Assembly (NCBI GenBank): GCA_030324005.1 | Contig: JARDVH010000193.1 | Span: forward strand, 85,121,384-85,185,383 | Reading direction: 5' to 3' | Source of the DNA: Negaprion brevirostris | Taxonomy: Eukaryota | DNA: 64,000 nucleotides | Part shown: piece by piece, positions 40,330 through 51,900 of the stretch | Layout: each line of letters begins with the position of its first letter | How positions within the stretch are numbered: position 1 is the stretch's first letter | The notes under the pieces: generated by a model | What the model saw: only the letters and a program-made list of their open reading frames with translations | Database searches by the model: none | Told to the model about the DNA's origin: nothing | Made by a program: the position numbers and the translations under genes

Positions 40330-40487
40330 TGCTTCTTGGCCTTTTGGCTAAGATCAAATGTAGTATCGACATTACTTGGTTGAAGTCATTAGGTTACATT
40401 TTAGCTTCATTTGAAGCAACTTTTAAAAGCAGCATCTTGGTCTTTTGGCTAAGATGCAAATGAGATCAAGCCTTGGAGGAGGTGCAG
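40330..40487 (+). mobile_element. U2 snRNA-derived dimeric repeat, copy 1 (truncated by gap)
   Basis: tgcttcttggccttttggctaagatcaaatgtagtatc matches the U2 5' end (ATCGCTTCTCGGCCTTTTGGCTAAGATCAAGTGTAGTATC) with CpG decay; second U2-like monomer at about 40434-40470. Confidence 0.8.
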
Positions 40488-40850
40488 NNNNNNNNNNNNN
40501 NNNNNNNNNNNNNNNNNNNNNNNNNNNNNNNNNNNNNNNNNNNNNNNNNNNNNNNNNNNNNNNNNNNNNNNNNNNNNNNNNNNNNNNAGGCTCGAGGGGC
40601 TAGATGGCCTACTCCTGCTCCTATTTCTTATGTTCTTATGTACCTGAAAAGGCGCAGAGTGTGGAGACTAGGAAATTTTCACAATAACTTCATTGCAGTG
40701 TTAGTGTAAGCCTACTTGTGAGACTAATAAATAAACTTTAAAACTTTAATACTTTATTTTGCACTCTCTCCTTTCCTTCTCTATGAATGGTATGCTTTGT
40801 CTGTATATTGCCCAAGAAACATTACTTTTCACAGTATCCTGTCAGAGAAA

Positions 40851-43800
40851 TTTATAGTAGGTTAGAGAAATTTCAAATAATCAGGGATTTAAGTACCTAA
40901 TAAAACTACCAGTACTGAGTGAAATTAGCTCAGATCAGACTCTCAGCCTAACAGGGGAATTGTCCACATGAAAATGGTATGAACACAATAAGAGATTTAA
41001 ATAAGGATGAGATTTAAACAAGAATTTCTGACTTAAACATGTATTTTGATTTAAAAATGTATGTTAGCTGTATTTTAAAGTAATTGTACACTTTAGCCAA
41101 AGGCAGGCTGTTGCAAGGTATCATGGGATGAAGTCTCAGCAGACAATCCACATTCTTTGGAACAATGAAACCAAAGGATTTGCATAATTTTATCAGCAAA
41201 AATTACAAACAGTATGGTTCCCAAAGCCGCTTTATGAATAGGGCTGTTCAAGTTGTCTTAATAAGACAGTTCTTCTCAGGCATGAGAATATCAGCTGTCT
41301 GATTTGGCCATTGATGTGATTGAGAATTGGTGGGAATGGTAACTTTAACCTTTGTTTCTAAGCCTCTGGGGGAAGAAGCATCCAGATTCCATGAACCAAT
41401 GAAATGCCATGATATCACAGGGTAAAATGCAATTGGCTAAGGTACATGACAACTATTAACAATGATTGATTTGTACTAATAATGACTGGTTCATAACTAC
41501 TGGATGGGCCAGAAAAGTAAAACTTGAGAAATGTAAAATTAATTTTTTGATGCATTGTAACTTTAGAATGGTATTGGGATGCTCAAGGCTTTCCCTTCTA
41601 GAAAGGCACTGGACTGCTCAATGCTAACCTCTCCCATCGATATTTGGTCAAATAAAAATACATCTTTAACTGGGATACCAGCTTCGTGAGTCATTGTATT
41701 AGCTGAAATTTCGGCATTAGGTAATCTCTGAAAAGAAGTTGCAACAACTTTGGCACTGTGAGCAGGGTAGAAGTCACAGGAATCCAGCAGCAAGATGCAT
41801 CTCCTACAAGAGGGTGAACATATTTTACCACCTGAGTTGTTAAAGGAGTAATGTGGCAAGCCATCAGAGTTGTAAGTTGACCTACCCAAACAAGTGTGTG
41901 CGAGAGGTTGCAAAAACAGTGTCACTGTGTAAAGAAATTGTGCTTGGGCGGGGGGCAAGGATGGATTTTTACAGCTGCCCTGCACAGCGGAGCGAAAAAG
42001 CCACATGGCAGGCAAAGAAGTTAGGTGTTGGGTGTGCTTAATGCAGAGGACCAGGGACAATTTCCTGGCACGCTCTGAGCAGCAGTGCTAAAAAGCCATA
42101 CATCAGGGAGGCATCAAGGGATGGGGCCACACACAGGGGTAATGGAAGGTCCTGATGTAGGGGTCTTGGATCTCTAGAGAGGGGCTCAACAGAAAAATAG
42201 AGAAAAGGTTGAGAGACGGGAACTGCATGATGGTGACAGTCAATCCAGATATAAAAGATTTTCAGTGGACAGCTGAAGATAATCTAATACAAACAATAGT
42301 GCCAGAGCATGGAAAATTGATAAAGATGATGATGGAGAAGCACGTGATGCCGAGCAGAAGGCTTGGTAGAAAGGTCAAGTGAAGTATAAACCCAAGGGAA
42401 AATCCCGCAGGAGAACTGACAGTGCAAAGATCGGAGCACGAATGTGTTGTGTAAGTGATTGAGGGAGAAAATGAGGGTTTAGCAGAAAAACGACTTGTAA
42501 GAGAAGGGGCAATTAACCTACATGTAGATGGAGTAAGAAAATAGGTTAGGCAAGAACCCCACACTGCATGGGCATTGGTAGATGATGAAGAAAAAAATAA
42601 AGGTAAAGTTTATTTATTAGTCACAACTAAGGCTTACACCTTCAGAGTAACTTCATTGGAGTGTTAATCCCCTAGCTGCCATGCTCTGGTGCCTGTTCGG
42701 ATCAATGCACCTAACCAGCCTATCTTTCAGAATGTGGGAGGAAACCCATGCAGACAGCGGGTAGAACGTGTAAACTCCACACACAGTGACCCAAGCCGAG
42801 AACTGAACCCAGGTCCCTGGCACTGTGAAGCAGCAATGCTAACCACTGCGCTAACATGCCATTTCATTAACGCTGCAATGAAGTTACTGTGAAATTCTGC
42901 TAGTTGCCACACTCCGGTGCCTGTTCGGGTCAATACATCTAACCAACAGTGATTGCAGGAGAATAATTCAGCACAAGTAGCAGAGTTGTTAGCTTTAACT
43001 AAAGCTCTAAAGTGGGGAAAAGGGAAGTGAGTTAACATCTATACTGACAGATGTGTATTTGGTGTAATACATGACTACATGACAAGTTGCAGTAAGCATT
43101 GTTTTGTAACTAACAGACGATACATAGAGCTTGAGAATTTGATTAGAGATTTAATCCAAGTAGCCTCCAGCCCCCTGGAAATAGCTGTAATAAAAATGCA
43201 GGTCCATAGAAGGATTGAAGGTCAAGTGCAGAAAGATTCACAGCTGGGCGAATAAGCAGCAAAAGATTTAATAGAACAGAACGTGGAATGGATATAGACT
43301 CCAGGAGCAGCAGCATTACGAGTTAGGGATAGCACAGACGTTGATGTAAAACAGATACAAGAATAGGCATCAGGAGAAGAGAAACAGAGATGGGAGAATT
43401 ACGAAGGACAAAAAGACCATAATGGAGTATGGAGAAGGAAAAAGAAAAATAGCCCCAAATGCAATACAGCAAACTTTGTTAAAAGTATACCAAGGATTAG
43501 CTCATAGAGGGAGAGATAACATGACCAAATTACTTGGCGACTGCTGATATTGTAAGGGCATGGGAAGGGACATAGCAAAATGCTGCCAGCGATGCCTACA
43601 GTGCGCTCTGGTGGAACCAGGTCATCCCTTCAGGATTAAAATGGAAAATCAGCCACAAATCAAAACTCATATATGGATTTTACAGGACTTTTGCTTCAAG
43701 TAAAAGGAAAAACATTGTTTAGTAATTATCGATCAGTTTACCCGATGGGTAGAGACATTTCTGACCACAGCCACAACTGTTGCTTCGATATTGGCAAAAG

Positions 43801-45832
43801 AGATAATACCTACATTGGAAATGCCTCTCCAGTTGGACTCTGACCAGAGAACTCACTTAACAGGAAGAGTTTTAAGAGATGTTAGGGATAAAACAAAGAT
43901 TTCATATACCATACCACCCCCAGAGGTCAGGAATGGTAGAACAAATGAACCAAACATTGAAGAATAGTTTAGCTAAGGCTATTTTAGAAGAAGAAACAAT
44001 TGGGTACAGGCTTTGCATGTAATATTGCTGCGATAGAGAGCTACTTCTTCTCGAAGAACAGGATTAATCTCTTTTGAACTAATGACAGGAAGAACAATGC
44101 GACTCCCAGAGGAGGGAATAACAGGGGGACAAGAACTTGAAATCAGCTAAAGAGCAGAATTTTAATGTATGAACGATTTAGTAGACCACCCACATTTTCT
44201 CAAAAAACAGGTAATCACTCAACAGCAACATTGAGACTGGATGAAAATGGCAGAGAATGCTCCCAACTTACCCACATCCGGGGATAAGGTAATGGTGAAA
44301 CTCATGACTGACACAAAAGGGTCATGGGTTCATTGGGAGGGACACTATGAAGTGGTTGTCACAGGACTAACATGTGCCCTAGTTAATGAAGAATGCAGTC
44401 TGCAATGGTGGCATTGGACACAGCTTAATCTATATCCTACTAAGCAATCCAATGAACAATGAAATTGACCAGTGGATGAATGATCCTATAGAACAAAGGG
44501 TTATTATGGCTTTAATAGCTACCATAACGTTAAGAGGGATAATTTGAATTTGCATATGAGCTACCCGATTAGGCCAGACCATGGCACAAGAGAATCCAGA
44601 GAGTATTAGAAGCGAGGTTATAGAAATAATTCACTTGGTGAAGTACTAACATAAAGCTGAAAAGCACTTTGGTTACATTTACAGAATACCACTGGTGCTC
44701 CAAGAATTCTGAATTAACAGCAGGATCAAGCAATAATACAATATTGTATTATTACAGACAATACCCAAGAAATATCAAATAAATTGCATGTAGTAAAGTG
44801 TGATGTGGTTGCTATGCAAATCTTTAAATAAGTTTCACGAACTTGACATTAACCAATGGTTGGGACTTTTTTTAAGAAGGCTGTAGAAACTGTCATGATG
44901 AATACATGTGTTTATATCCTTTTAGTATTGAATATACAGATACTAGTTTAGACAGGACCAGCATCTAAGGTCATTCAATGTTTCCCTTGGGGACTATGCG
45001 TTTATATTTACTTATACCTGGCAGATACATATACTAAACTGTCCAACCAAAGTGTTGGATTTGTTCACATACCCCCATCCATGTGGGGGTGGGAGTTACC
45101 TTTACAGCAATTGCCCCAGTCATGGGCAGAGTTGATAATGGCAGATCAAACAGTTCAGAATTCCAAGGACACCAGGGTTCTTTAGCAGAGAGAAAGGAAA
45201 AGAATTTCACAGAAGTGAGTCTTGTACTGGAAGGTTAGGCCAAATGAAGAGATGCACACCTATCTATGATCTAGAAAAAAAACAACTCCTAACCTAATCT
45301 TAAAATAGATGACACCAAAGTCAAAAGGGCTAAGAATATGTAAGGCACTGGGAGAAACCTAGGCATAAGTGAATGTCACTACATGGTAGATTGAACTAGC
45401 CAACTATGTCTGAGTCCACCCAGTAATGACCAATCTTGCAATATCTCATTGTAAGTGTTGCCTCCCTTGAAACACAACTCTCAATAGTACACATTGAACT
45501 TGAGGGAATAGGGCATATACTTGGTTCCCTTATGGAAGGGATCATGTTACCTTGGAAACGTAATCCCATTTATACTCCTCAAGTGCTTCCCTTATCAAGA
45601 CATCAATGAGCTTTAAGGAGACTGGGTTTTTGGTAGAGTGTTTCCCTCATACAGAGTTGGGAGAGTGATGTGAGAAACTGAGTATATACGCCTAATTTTG
45701 GAACAAGTTGCCAATGATACAGCCATTGCCCTTACTAAGATCAATGCTGAGATAGTTCCCATGTGCACTGTGGTACTTCAACATCAAATGGCATTGGATT
45801 ATGTCTTGACAGTTGGGGTGGAACATGTGCAT
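40851..45832 (+). mobile_element. Decayed class I (gamma/epsilon-like) endogenous retrovirus: RT connection, RNase H, integrase, env
   Basis: SAQVAELLALTKALKWGKGK*VNIYTD (RNase H), CQRCLQC, MDFTG, LVIIDQFTRWVETF, LDSDQ, FHIPYHPQRSGMVEQMNQTLK (integrase), CWIC at 45053-45064 (SU), VLQHQMALDYVL..GGTCA (TM immunosuppressive domain); many stops; left boundary approximate. Confidence 0.88.
42602..42945 (-). mobile_element. V-SINE (with duplicated tail segment) inserted in the ERV RNase H
   Basis: Reverse-complement SINE head and tail; interrupts RNase H between HVDGVRK...AWALVDD and SAQVAEL. Confidence 0.8.
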
Positions 45833-46120
45833 TCTCAGCCTTTTGGCTAAGATTGAGTGTACTTTTGACATGCCGTGCTTGGTTGAAATCATTGGTTTAG
45901 ATTTTAGCTTCATTTGAAGCAATTTTTAAAAGCGCATCTCAACCTTTTGGCTAAGATGCAAATGAGATCAAGCCTTGGAGGAGGTGCAGTGCCTACTCCA
46001 ATCAGCTTGGATCGTGTAGACCAAACCCAAGACAGCCCTGTCTTGTCAGCTTGGATCAGGAATGTCTCACTTGTGGGGACTCTGAACTGAACTAGATTTG
46101 ACTGAATTGGATTAAAGAGA
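45833..46120 (+). mobile_element. U2 snRNA-derived dimeric repeat, copy 2 (apparently complete, about 290 bp)
   Basis: tctcagccttttggctaagattgagtgta, second monomer ccttttggctaagatgcaaatgagatcaagccttggaggaggtgcag nearly identical to copy 1, then a unique 3' body. Confidence 0.8.
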
Positions 46121-46799
46121 AATTTCCTTTTATTTTTCCCCTAGTTCTCATCTCTTCTACCAGGAGAAGCATTCTTTTGGCATCAACCTGGTCAAAGCCG
46201 CTCAGGACCTGATGTTTCAACAGGATCTCTTTACGTTCTTATAAACCCAAAGGATAAAGGGCAAGCATGCCTAACCTTTCCTCATAAGATAACTCAAATA
46301 ATGTAGTCACTATAAACCATCTTTTAAAAATATTAATATTGCTGCCAGCAATTCCTGGAGGAATTTATTCCATTTGCTGCCTTCAGTGGAATATCAGTGA
46401 AGGCCTTAGATATACTGCGTGAACAGAGTATAGTGGCTGTTTGGGGAACCCTGAGGAAATTCCAGGTGTGTGCATATGATACATATATTGTCAAAATGCT
46501 ACATATAGCACATTGTCCTGTCATGTTAAAATCAAATTTTCCAAGAATCTATCACAACATGGAATCCCTCAAAACTTTACTTCGACATAAGCTGTGTGCA
46601 TCCAGTAATATTGCCACTTTTTGTCCCCAAATAACATAGCTGGCAACATTCCACAGAAAATCTGCTTCTACACACGCACTGCTATAACCTTGGGAACCAA
46701 TGTACACTTATACTCATAGAATAGAACTACAGAATTCCTACAGTGTAGAACAGGCTATTCAGCCATTTGTGCATCTATTCAAATAATGAAAAGTAGTAC

Positions 46800-46937
46800 C
46801 TTTTCCAATTGATTTAGATGAAGGTAGCAAGATGTCCTGTTTCTCTGCAGTCTAGCCAGGTTCTGATCCAGTTGTCCGGCAGAAAAAAAACTTAATGAAT
46901 AACTATACCATTGGAGAGCCTCTGTATAATTCTGTAC
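46800..46937 (-). CDS. TEX11: TEX11 coding exon 6 in window: VQNYTEALQWYSYSLSFFSAGQLDQNLARLQRNRTSCYLHLNQLEK (TPR)
   Basis: 138 nt, TAG/GTACT, phase 0->0; resembles human VQNYTDALQWYYYSLRFY...KLQRNMACCYLNLQQLDK. Confidence 0.95.
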
Positions 46938-47015
46938 CTAGAAATTGGGAAAACAAAATATGAAAAGGAAATGACTCCCACTCACTTTAAAGCTCAGTCT
47001 GATTCTTTAAAGGGT

Positions 47016-47101
47016 AGGAGCAGCACAGTGGTTAGCACTCTTGTCTCACAGCACCAGGGACCCAGGTTCGATTCCCGGCCACTGTCCGTGTGGTTCGCAC
47101 A

Positions 47102-47171
<70 letters not shown>

Positions 47172-47367
47172 CCTCCGGGTACTCTGGTTTCCTTCCACAG
47201 TCCAAAAATGTGCACGTTCAGTTGATTGGCCATGCTAAATTGCCACTTCGCGTCAGGGGGACCAGCAGGGTATTTACATGCAGTTACGGGGATAGAGGCT
47301 GGGTGGGCTGTTGTCTGTGCAGATTCAATGCACCGAATGGCCTGCTTCTGCACTGTAGGGATTCTAT
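47016..47367 (+). mobile_element. HE1-like V-SINE with internal (TG)n expansion (47105-47168)
   Basis: gcagcacagtggttagcact head, ggttcgattccc B-box, tail ctgcactgtagggattctatg. Confidence 0.88.
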
Positions 47368-47371
47368 GAGA

Positions 47372-47723
47372 GTGGAGGCGATGGCCTGGTGGTATTATCG
47401 TTAGATTATTAATCCAGAAACTCAGCTAATGTTTTAGGGATCCGGGTTCAAATCCTGCCATGGCAGATGGTGGAACTTGAATTCAATGAAAAAAAGTCTG
47501 GAATTGAAAAACTAATGACCATGAAACCATTGTCAATTGTCAGAAAAACCCATCTGACTCACTAATGTCCTTTAGGGAAGGAAATCTGTCATCCTTACCT
47601 GGTCTGGCCTACATGTGACTCCAGAACAAAGTGGTTGACTCTCAAATGCCCTCAAGCAGCGAGAGATGGGCAATAAATGCTGGCCAGCCAGTGACGCCCA
47701 TGTCCTACGCATGAATAAAAAAA
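47372..47723 (+). mobile_element. Shark SINE family B, copy 3
   Basis: Homologous to 26597 and 35497; abuts the preceding SINE. Confidence 0.8.
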
Positions 47724-49029
47724 TCTGCAATTTTCTGAGTTTGCAATCACATTATCCTGATTCATTGCAACATAAAGAAAAAAATTCTCTTGGGATGGAG
47801 GATGGAAACATTCTAATAAAGAAACCAAACATTCTCCCACAAATCTCCAGCTGACCATTAAATCTTGGAAAACATTTAGTGATTTAACTGAGCGAAATAA
47901 AGTCAGGAAAACTTCCAAAAATACACACTGGTAACCAGGTTTGCCACTTGCAATCATTTTTCCCTCACTGGACTGAAGTGCAAAAGAGCTCCCTTTCTTA
48001 TATGGGTAAAGGCTATTTCCATTATAGCCTTATAAGAATGTACCACATTTAAAGCCTTGCTTCTAAGTGATGGGTTAACTCATAAACCTTATCACTTCTT
48101 GCCTGCTATTACTTAGGTTTAACTATATTTCACACACCCAAAGGTCAGCTGGATGTGGGACACCTTGCTCTGTACAACCCGGGCAGGGGTAATGGTTGGA
48201 GGGCAGCATATACCTCCAATGACCCAAGGACAACTTGGCCTCCGCTTATCCTCCTTTGATACTTCATCAAGAAAGAAACATTGCATGCAGTTCTCTCATC
48301 TGCATTCTGAGTGCTTCTGCCAGAAAGAAAACTGAATTGTTTCCCACTGGCATGAGCAGCAACTTTCAGATGGGATTCACCCATCTTAACCATTCAAATT
48401 TATGCATGCTGTAAAACCTGCTGGCCTGTCAGGCTTAGAGAGATCAGGGAGCCTTTTAGATTTTGGAGCTGAGAAGCAGGCCCCCATTGCCCCAGAACGG
48501 ACATAGCAACCCCAGCTGGCAAGGGGAGTACCTCAACCCCTCAGCACAGCGGCATCCACTGCCCTACTGCTGAAAGAACAGGTCATCTCCACTGGGTGAC
48601 CCGACACGCTTCCCCAGTACCCCATCCCAAAAAGCACCAACCCCTCAGGGACGCTGTGAGATGAGGTCCCCTCAGGCTCCATCCCTCAGCCCCCTCCCAC
48701 AGACTCCACCCTGTTAGTTGGCAATGCCGATCTTATACTGTGCAACCCCCCCCCCTTTCTTGGTGGTAGTGGTGGGGGGGTTTGAGGGGATTGGAACACT
48801 TCACTGGGATGGGGGTCTTGTGGCTGGACTACCCCTTCTAGCCCTGCAAAAGGTGCAGTCCATTCTTAGCAATTTGATCTCAATTCAAAATCTTCATTCC
48901 TGTCGGCGTGCTGAAATACCCTTGATATGCCTTGGTCACCTGGGCAGCTTCAAAATCACAGCAGCACTTCACTATGCCCAAATCATTATTGTTCAAGGGG
49001 TGAATCAGTTAAAGATGGTTGAGCTGAGG

Positions 49030-51900
49030 ACATCTATTTTGTCATTTATGATAGATTCCAACATTTTATCAACTACTGATGAAAGGCTAACAGGTCTGGA
49101 GTTCCCTGTTTTCTCTCTCCATCAATTAAACAGAGGAAGTAATATTTGCTATCTTCTGATCTACAAGAACCATTCCAGAATATACAGAATTTTAGATGAT
49201 CATCACTAATACTGTCTCTATAGTAACCTCCTTCAACACTTTGGTAAACACCTGGACTCAGGGACATTTCAAGTTTCAGTTCCATTAATTTCTCCAATAC
49301 AATCTTCTTACTTATACTAATCACCTTCAACTCCATTCTCCACAGTCCCTTGGATCCCTACAAATGAGAGATTTCCTATATCTTTCTTAGTAAAAACAGA
49401 CACAAAGTAATCATTCAGCTTCTCTGCCATTTCATTATTCCCTGTTCTGAATTCTTCTGACTTTGCCTGTAATGGACGCACATTAACCAGAAGCTTCCTT
49501 TTTACATCCCAAAGGAGGCTTTTACAGTCCGTTTTATTGTTTTTTGCTAGATTGTATTCACATTTTCAACTCCCTTTCTTTATCCGTTTCTTGGCCTTTC
49601 TTTGCTGTACTCGAAAAAAACTTCCAACTCTCAGGTTTATTATTTCTGACAACTTTGTAAACCTTTTCTTTTAATCTTATACAATCCTTAAGCTCCTTGG
49701 TCAGCTAGTTGACTGGCTTTTCTGGATTTTTCACCTTAAAGATGTTGTAAGCTATGTAATAGCTCTTTGAAGCTTATCAATTGCCTATGCACAGTCATAC
49801 CTTTGAACACATTTTCCCAATCCTCTTCAGTCAATTTGCCCCGCGTGTCTTCATAATTTCCTTTATTCAACTTTTAACATCCTGGTTTCTGGTTGAACTT
49901 CCTCACTTTCAAACATGTTATGAAGTTCTATGATACTATACATGACAAAAAGTTATTTTAAAACTGGATTGTTAATTAGCCATTTTTCATTATGTAATAC
50001 GAGATCTAGAATAGCCTGTCCTCTGACTGGCTCCTCAACATTTTGTTCTAGAAACCAATCCCTAACATAGTCCAGAAACACATCTTCCACAGCATTACTG
50101 CTCATTTGCTTTAACCTGTTTATGTGATGTTTAAAATCACTCATGATTACTGTATTGCCCATACAACATGCTTCTCTCATCTCCTGATTAACATTGTGCC
50201 CCACATTAATATTAGGTGGCCTATAAAACAACTCCAACCAATATCTGCTGCTCTCTGTATTTCTTAGCTCCATCCAAACAGATTCCACATGCTGTTTTAC
50301 CATTTGGAGATCCTCACTTACTACTGCACTTATTTCATCCTTTATGATCAGTGCAGTTCTATCTCCTTTTCTTTCTTATCTGTCCTTCCTAAACATCAAA
50401 TAGCCTTCAATATTCAATTCGGTCTTGGTCACTATGCAGCAATCTTTCTGCAATGGCAATTATATCATATCAATTTATTCCTAATTTTGTATCTTTAGGC
50501 ACAGTAAGAAGTCTCACAACACCAGGTTAAAGTCCAACAGGTTTATTTGGTAGCACAAGCTTTCGGAGCGCTGCTNNNNNNNNNNNNNNNNNNNNNNNNN
50601 NNNNNNNNNNNNNNNNNNNNNNNNNNNNNNNNNNNNNNNNNNNNNNNNNNNNNNNNNNNNNNNNNNNNNNNNNNNNNNNNNNNNNNNNNNNNNNNNNNNN
50701 NNNNNNNNNNNNNNNNNNNNNNNNNNNNNNNNNNNNNNNNNNNNNNNNNNNNNNNNNNNNNNNNNNNNNNNNNNNNNNNNNNNNNNNNNNNNNNNNNNNN
50801 NNNNNNNNNNNNNNNNNNNNNNNNNNNNNNNNNNNNNNNNNNNNNNNNNNNNNNNNNNNNNNNNNNNNNNNNNNNNNNNNNNNNNNNNNNNNNNNNNNNN
50901 NNNNNNNNNNNNNNNNNNNNNNNNNNNNNNNNNNNNNNNNNNNNNNNNNNNNNNNNNNNNNNNNNNNNNNNNNNNNNNNNNNNNNNNNNNNNNNNNNNNN
51001 NNNNNNNNNNNNNNNCACGATCTCACTGATGTACCATGCCTCGGGGCATCCTTTCCTGCTGTATATTAGGTGGACAATATTGGCCGAGTCACATGAGTGT
51101 GTACCGTATATCTGATGGACAGTGTTCTCACGTGAGATGATGGCATCCATGTCGATGATCCGGCATGTCTTGCAGAGATTGCTGTGTCATAGTCGCTGTT
51201 CTCCTGAAGGCTGGGCAGTTTGCTGCAAACAATGGTCTGTTTGAGGTTGCGCGGTTCTTTGACAGCAAGTAGTAGGGGTGTGGGGATGGCCTTGGTGAGA
51301 TGTTCCGTCTTCATCAATGACATGTTGAAGGCTCCAAAGAAGATGTCATAGCTTCTCCGCTCCAGGGAAGTACTAGAAGATGAAGGGTACTCTGTCGACT
51401 GTTCATTTGTATCTTTAGAACATCTACTTTAAGGCTACATGAATTCAGACAGGAGTGCCCTTAACTTTGCCTTTTTTGACATTCTTCTGCATTTGACATA
51501 TACTCGATGCTTTGCTTTCTTTCTTTTGCCTTTTCCACTACGTCCAGTTACCAACTTCACTTATTGCCAATTTGGGCCAATGCTCAGGTTCCCATCTCCC
51601 CAACATGCTAGTTTAAATCCAAACCAACAACACTAGCAAATCTCTCTACAAGTACATCAGTGTCAGTCCTGATAGGATGTAACCCGTCCAGCTTTCACAG
51701 GTCCCACCTGCCCCAGAACCAATGCCAATGCCTCAGAAATTATATCTTTGATGTGGCACTACAGAACAGTACACCACCCTGCAGTCACGTTTACTACTGC
51801 AGAAACACGTGTCTGATCCCAACTATGGAGTCCATGATCATTCTTTTTCCTCGCCTGTCCAGCTAATGCACCCATGGTGCCACAAGCTTGGCTGCATTCA
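49030..51900 (-). mobile_element. Long CR1 LINE remnant (APE endonuclease and RT start), interrupted by a Penelope insertion
   Basis: ESVWMELRN...YRPPN...VIMSDF...FLEQNVEEPVRGQAILDLVL in ORF 49953..50303. Confidence 0.85.
50499..51405 (-). mobile_element. Penelope-like element (GIY-YIG end) with 13-bp TSD
   Basis: SCDSANIVHLIYSRKGCPEAWYISE; tttgtatctttag at both 50486-50498 and 51406-51418. Confidence 0.85.

Noticed and set aside
40330-40370. Functional U2 snRNA gene
   Set aside because: Only about 38 nt of the 5' end match, with CpG decay; no Sm site or 3' stem-loops.
40330-46120. U2-repeats as the LTRs of the ERV
   Set aside because: No TG...CA ends, PBS or PPT; copy 2 cuts env mid-TM; unrelated SINE/LINE scraps lie between copy 1 and the ERV; a 19-bp TSD is not integrase-like.
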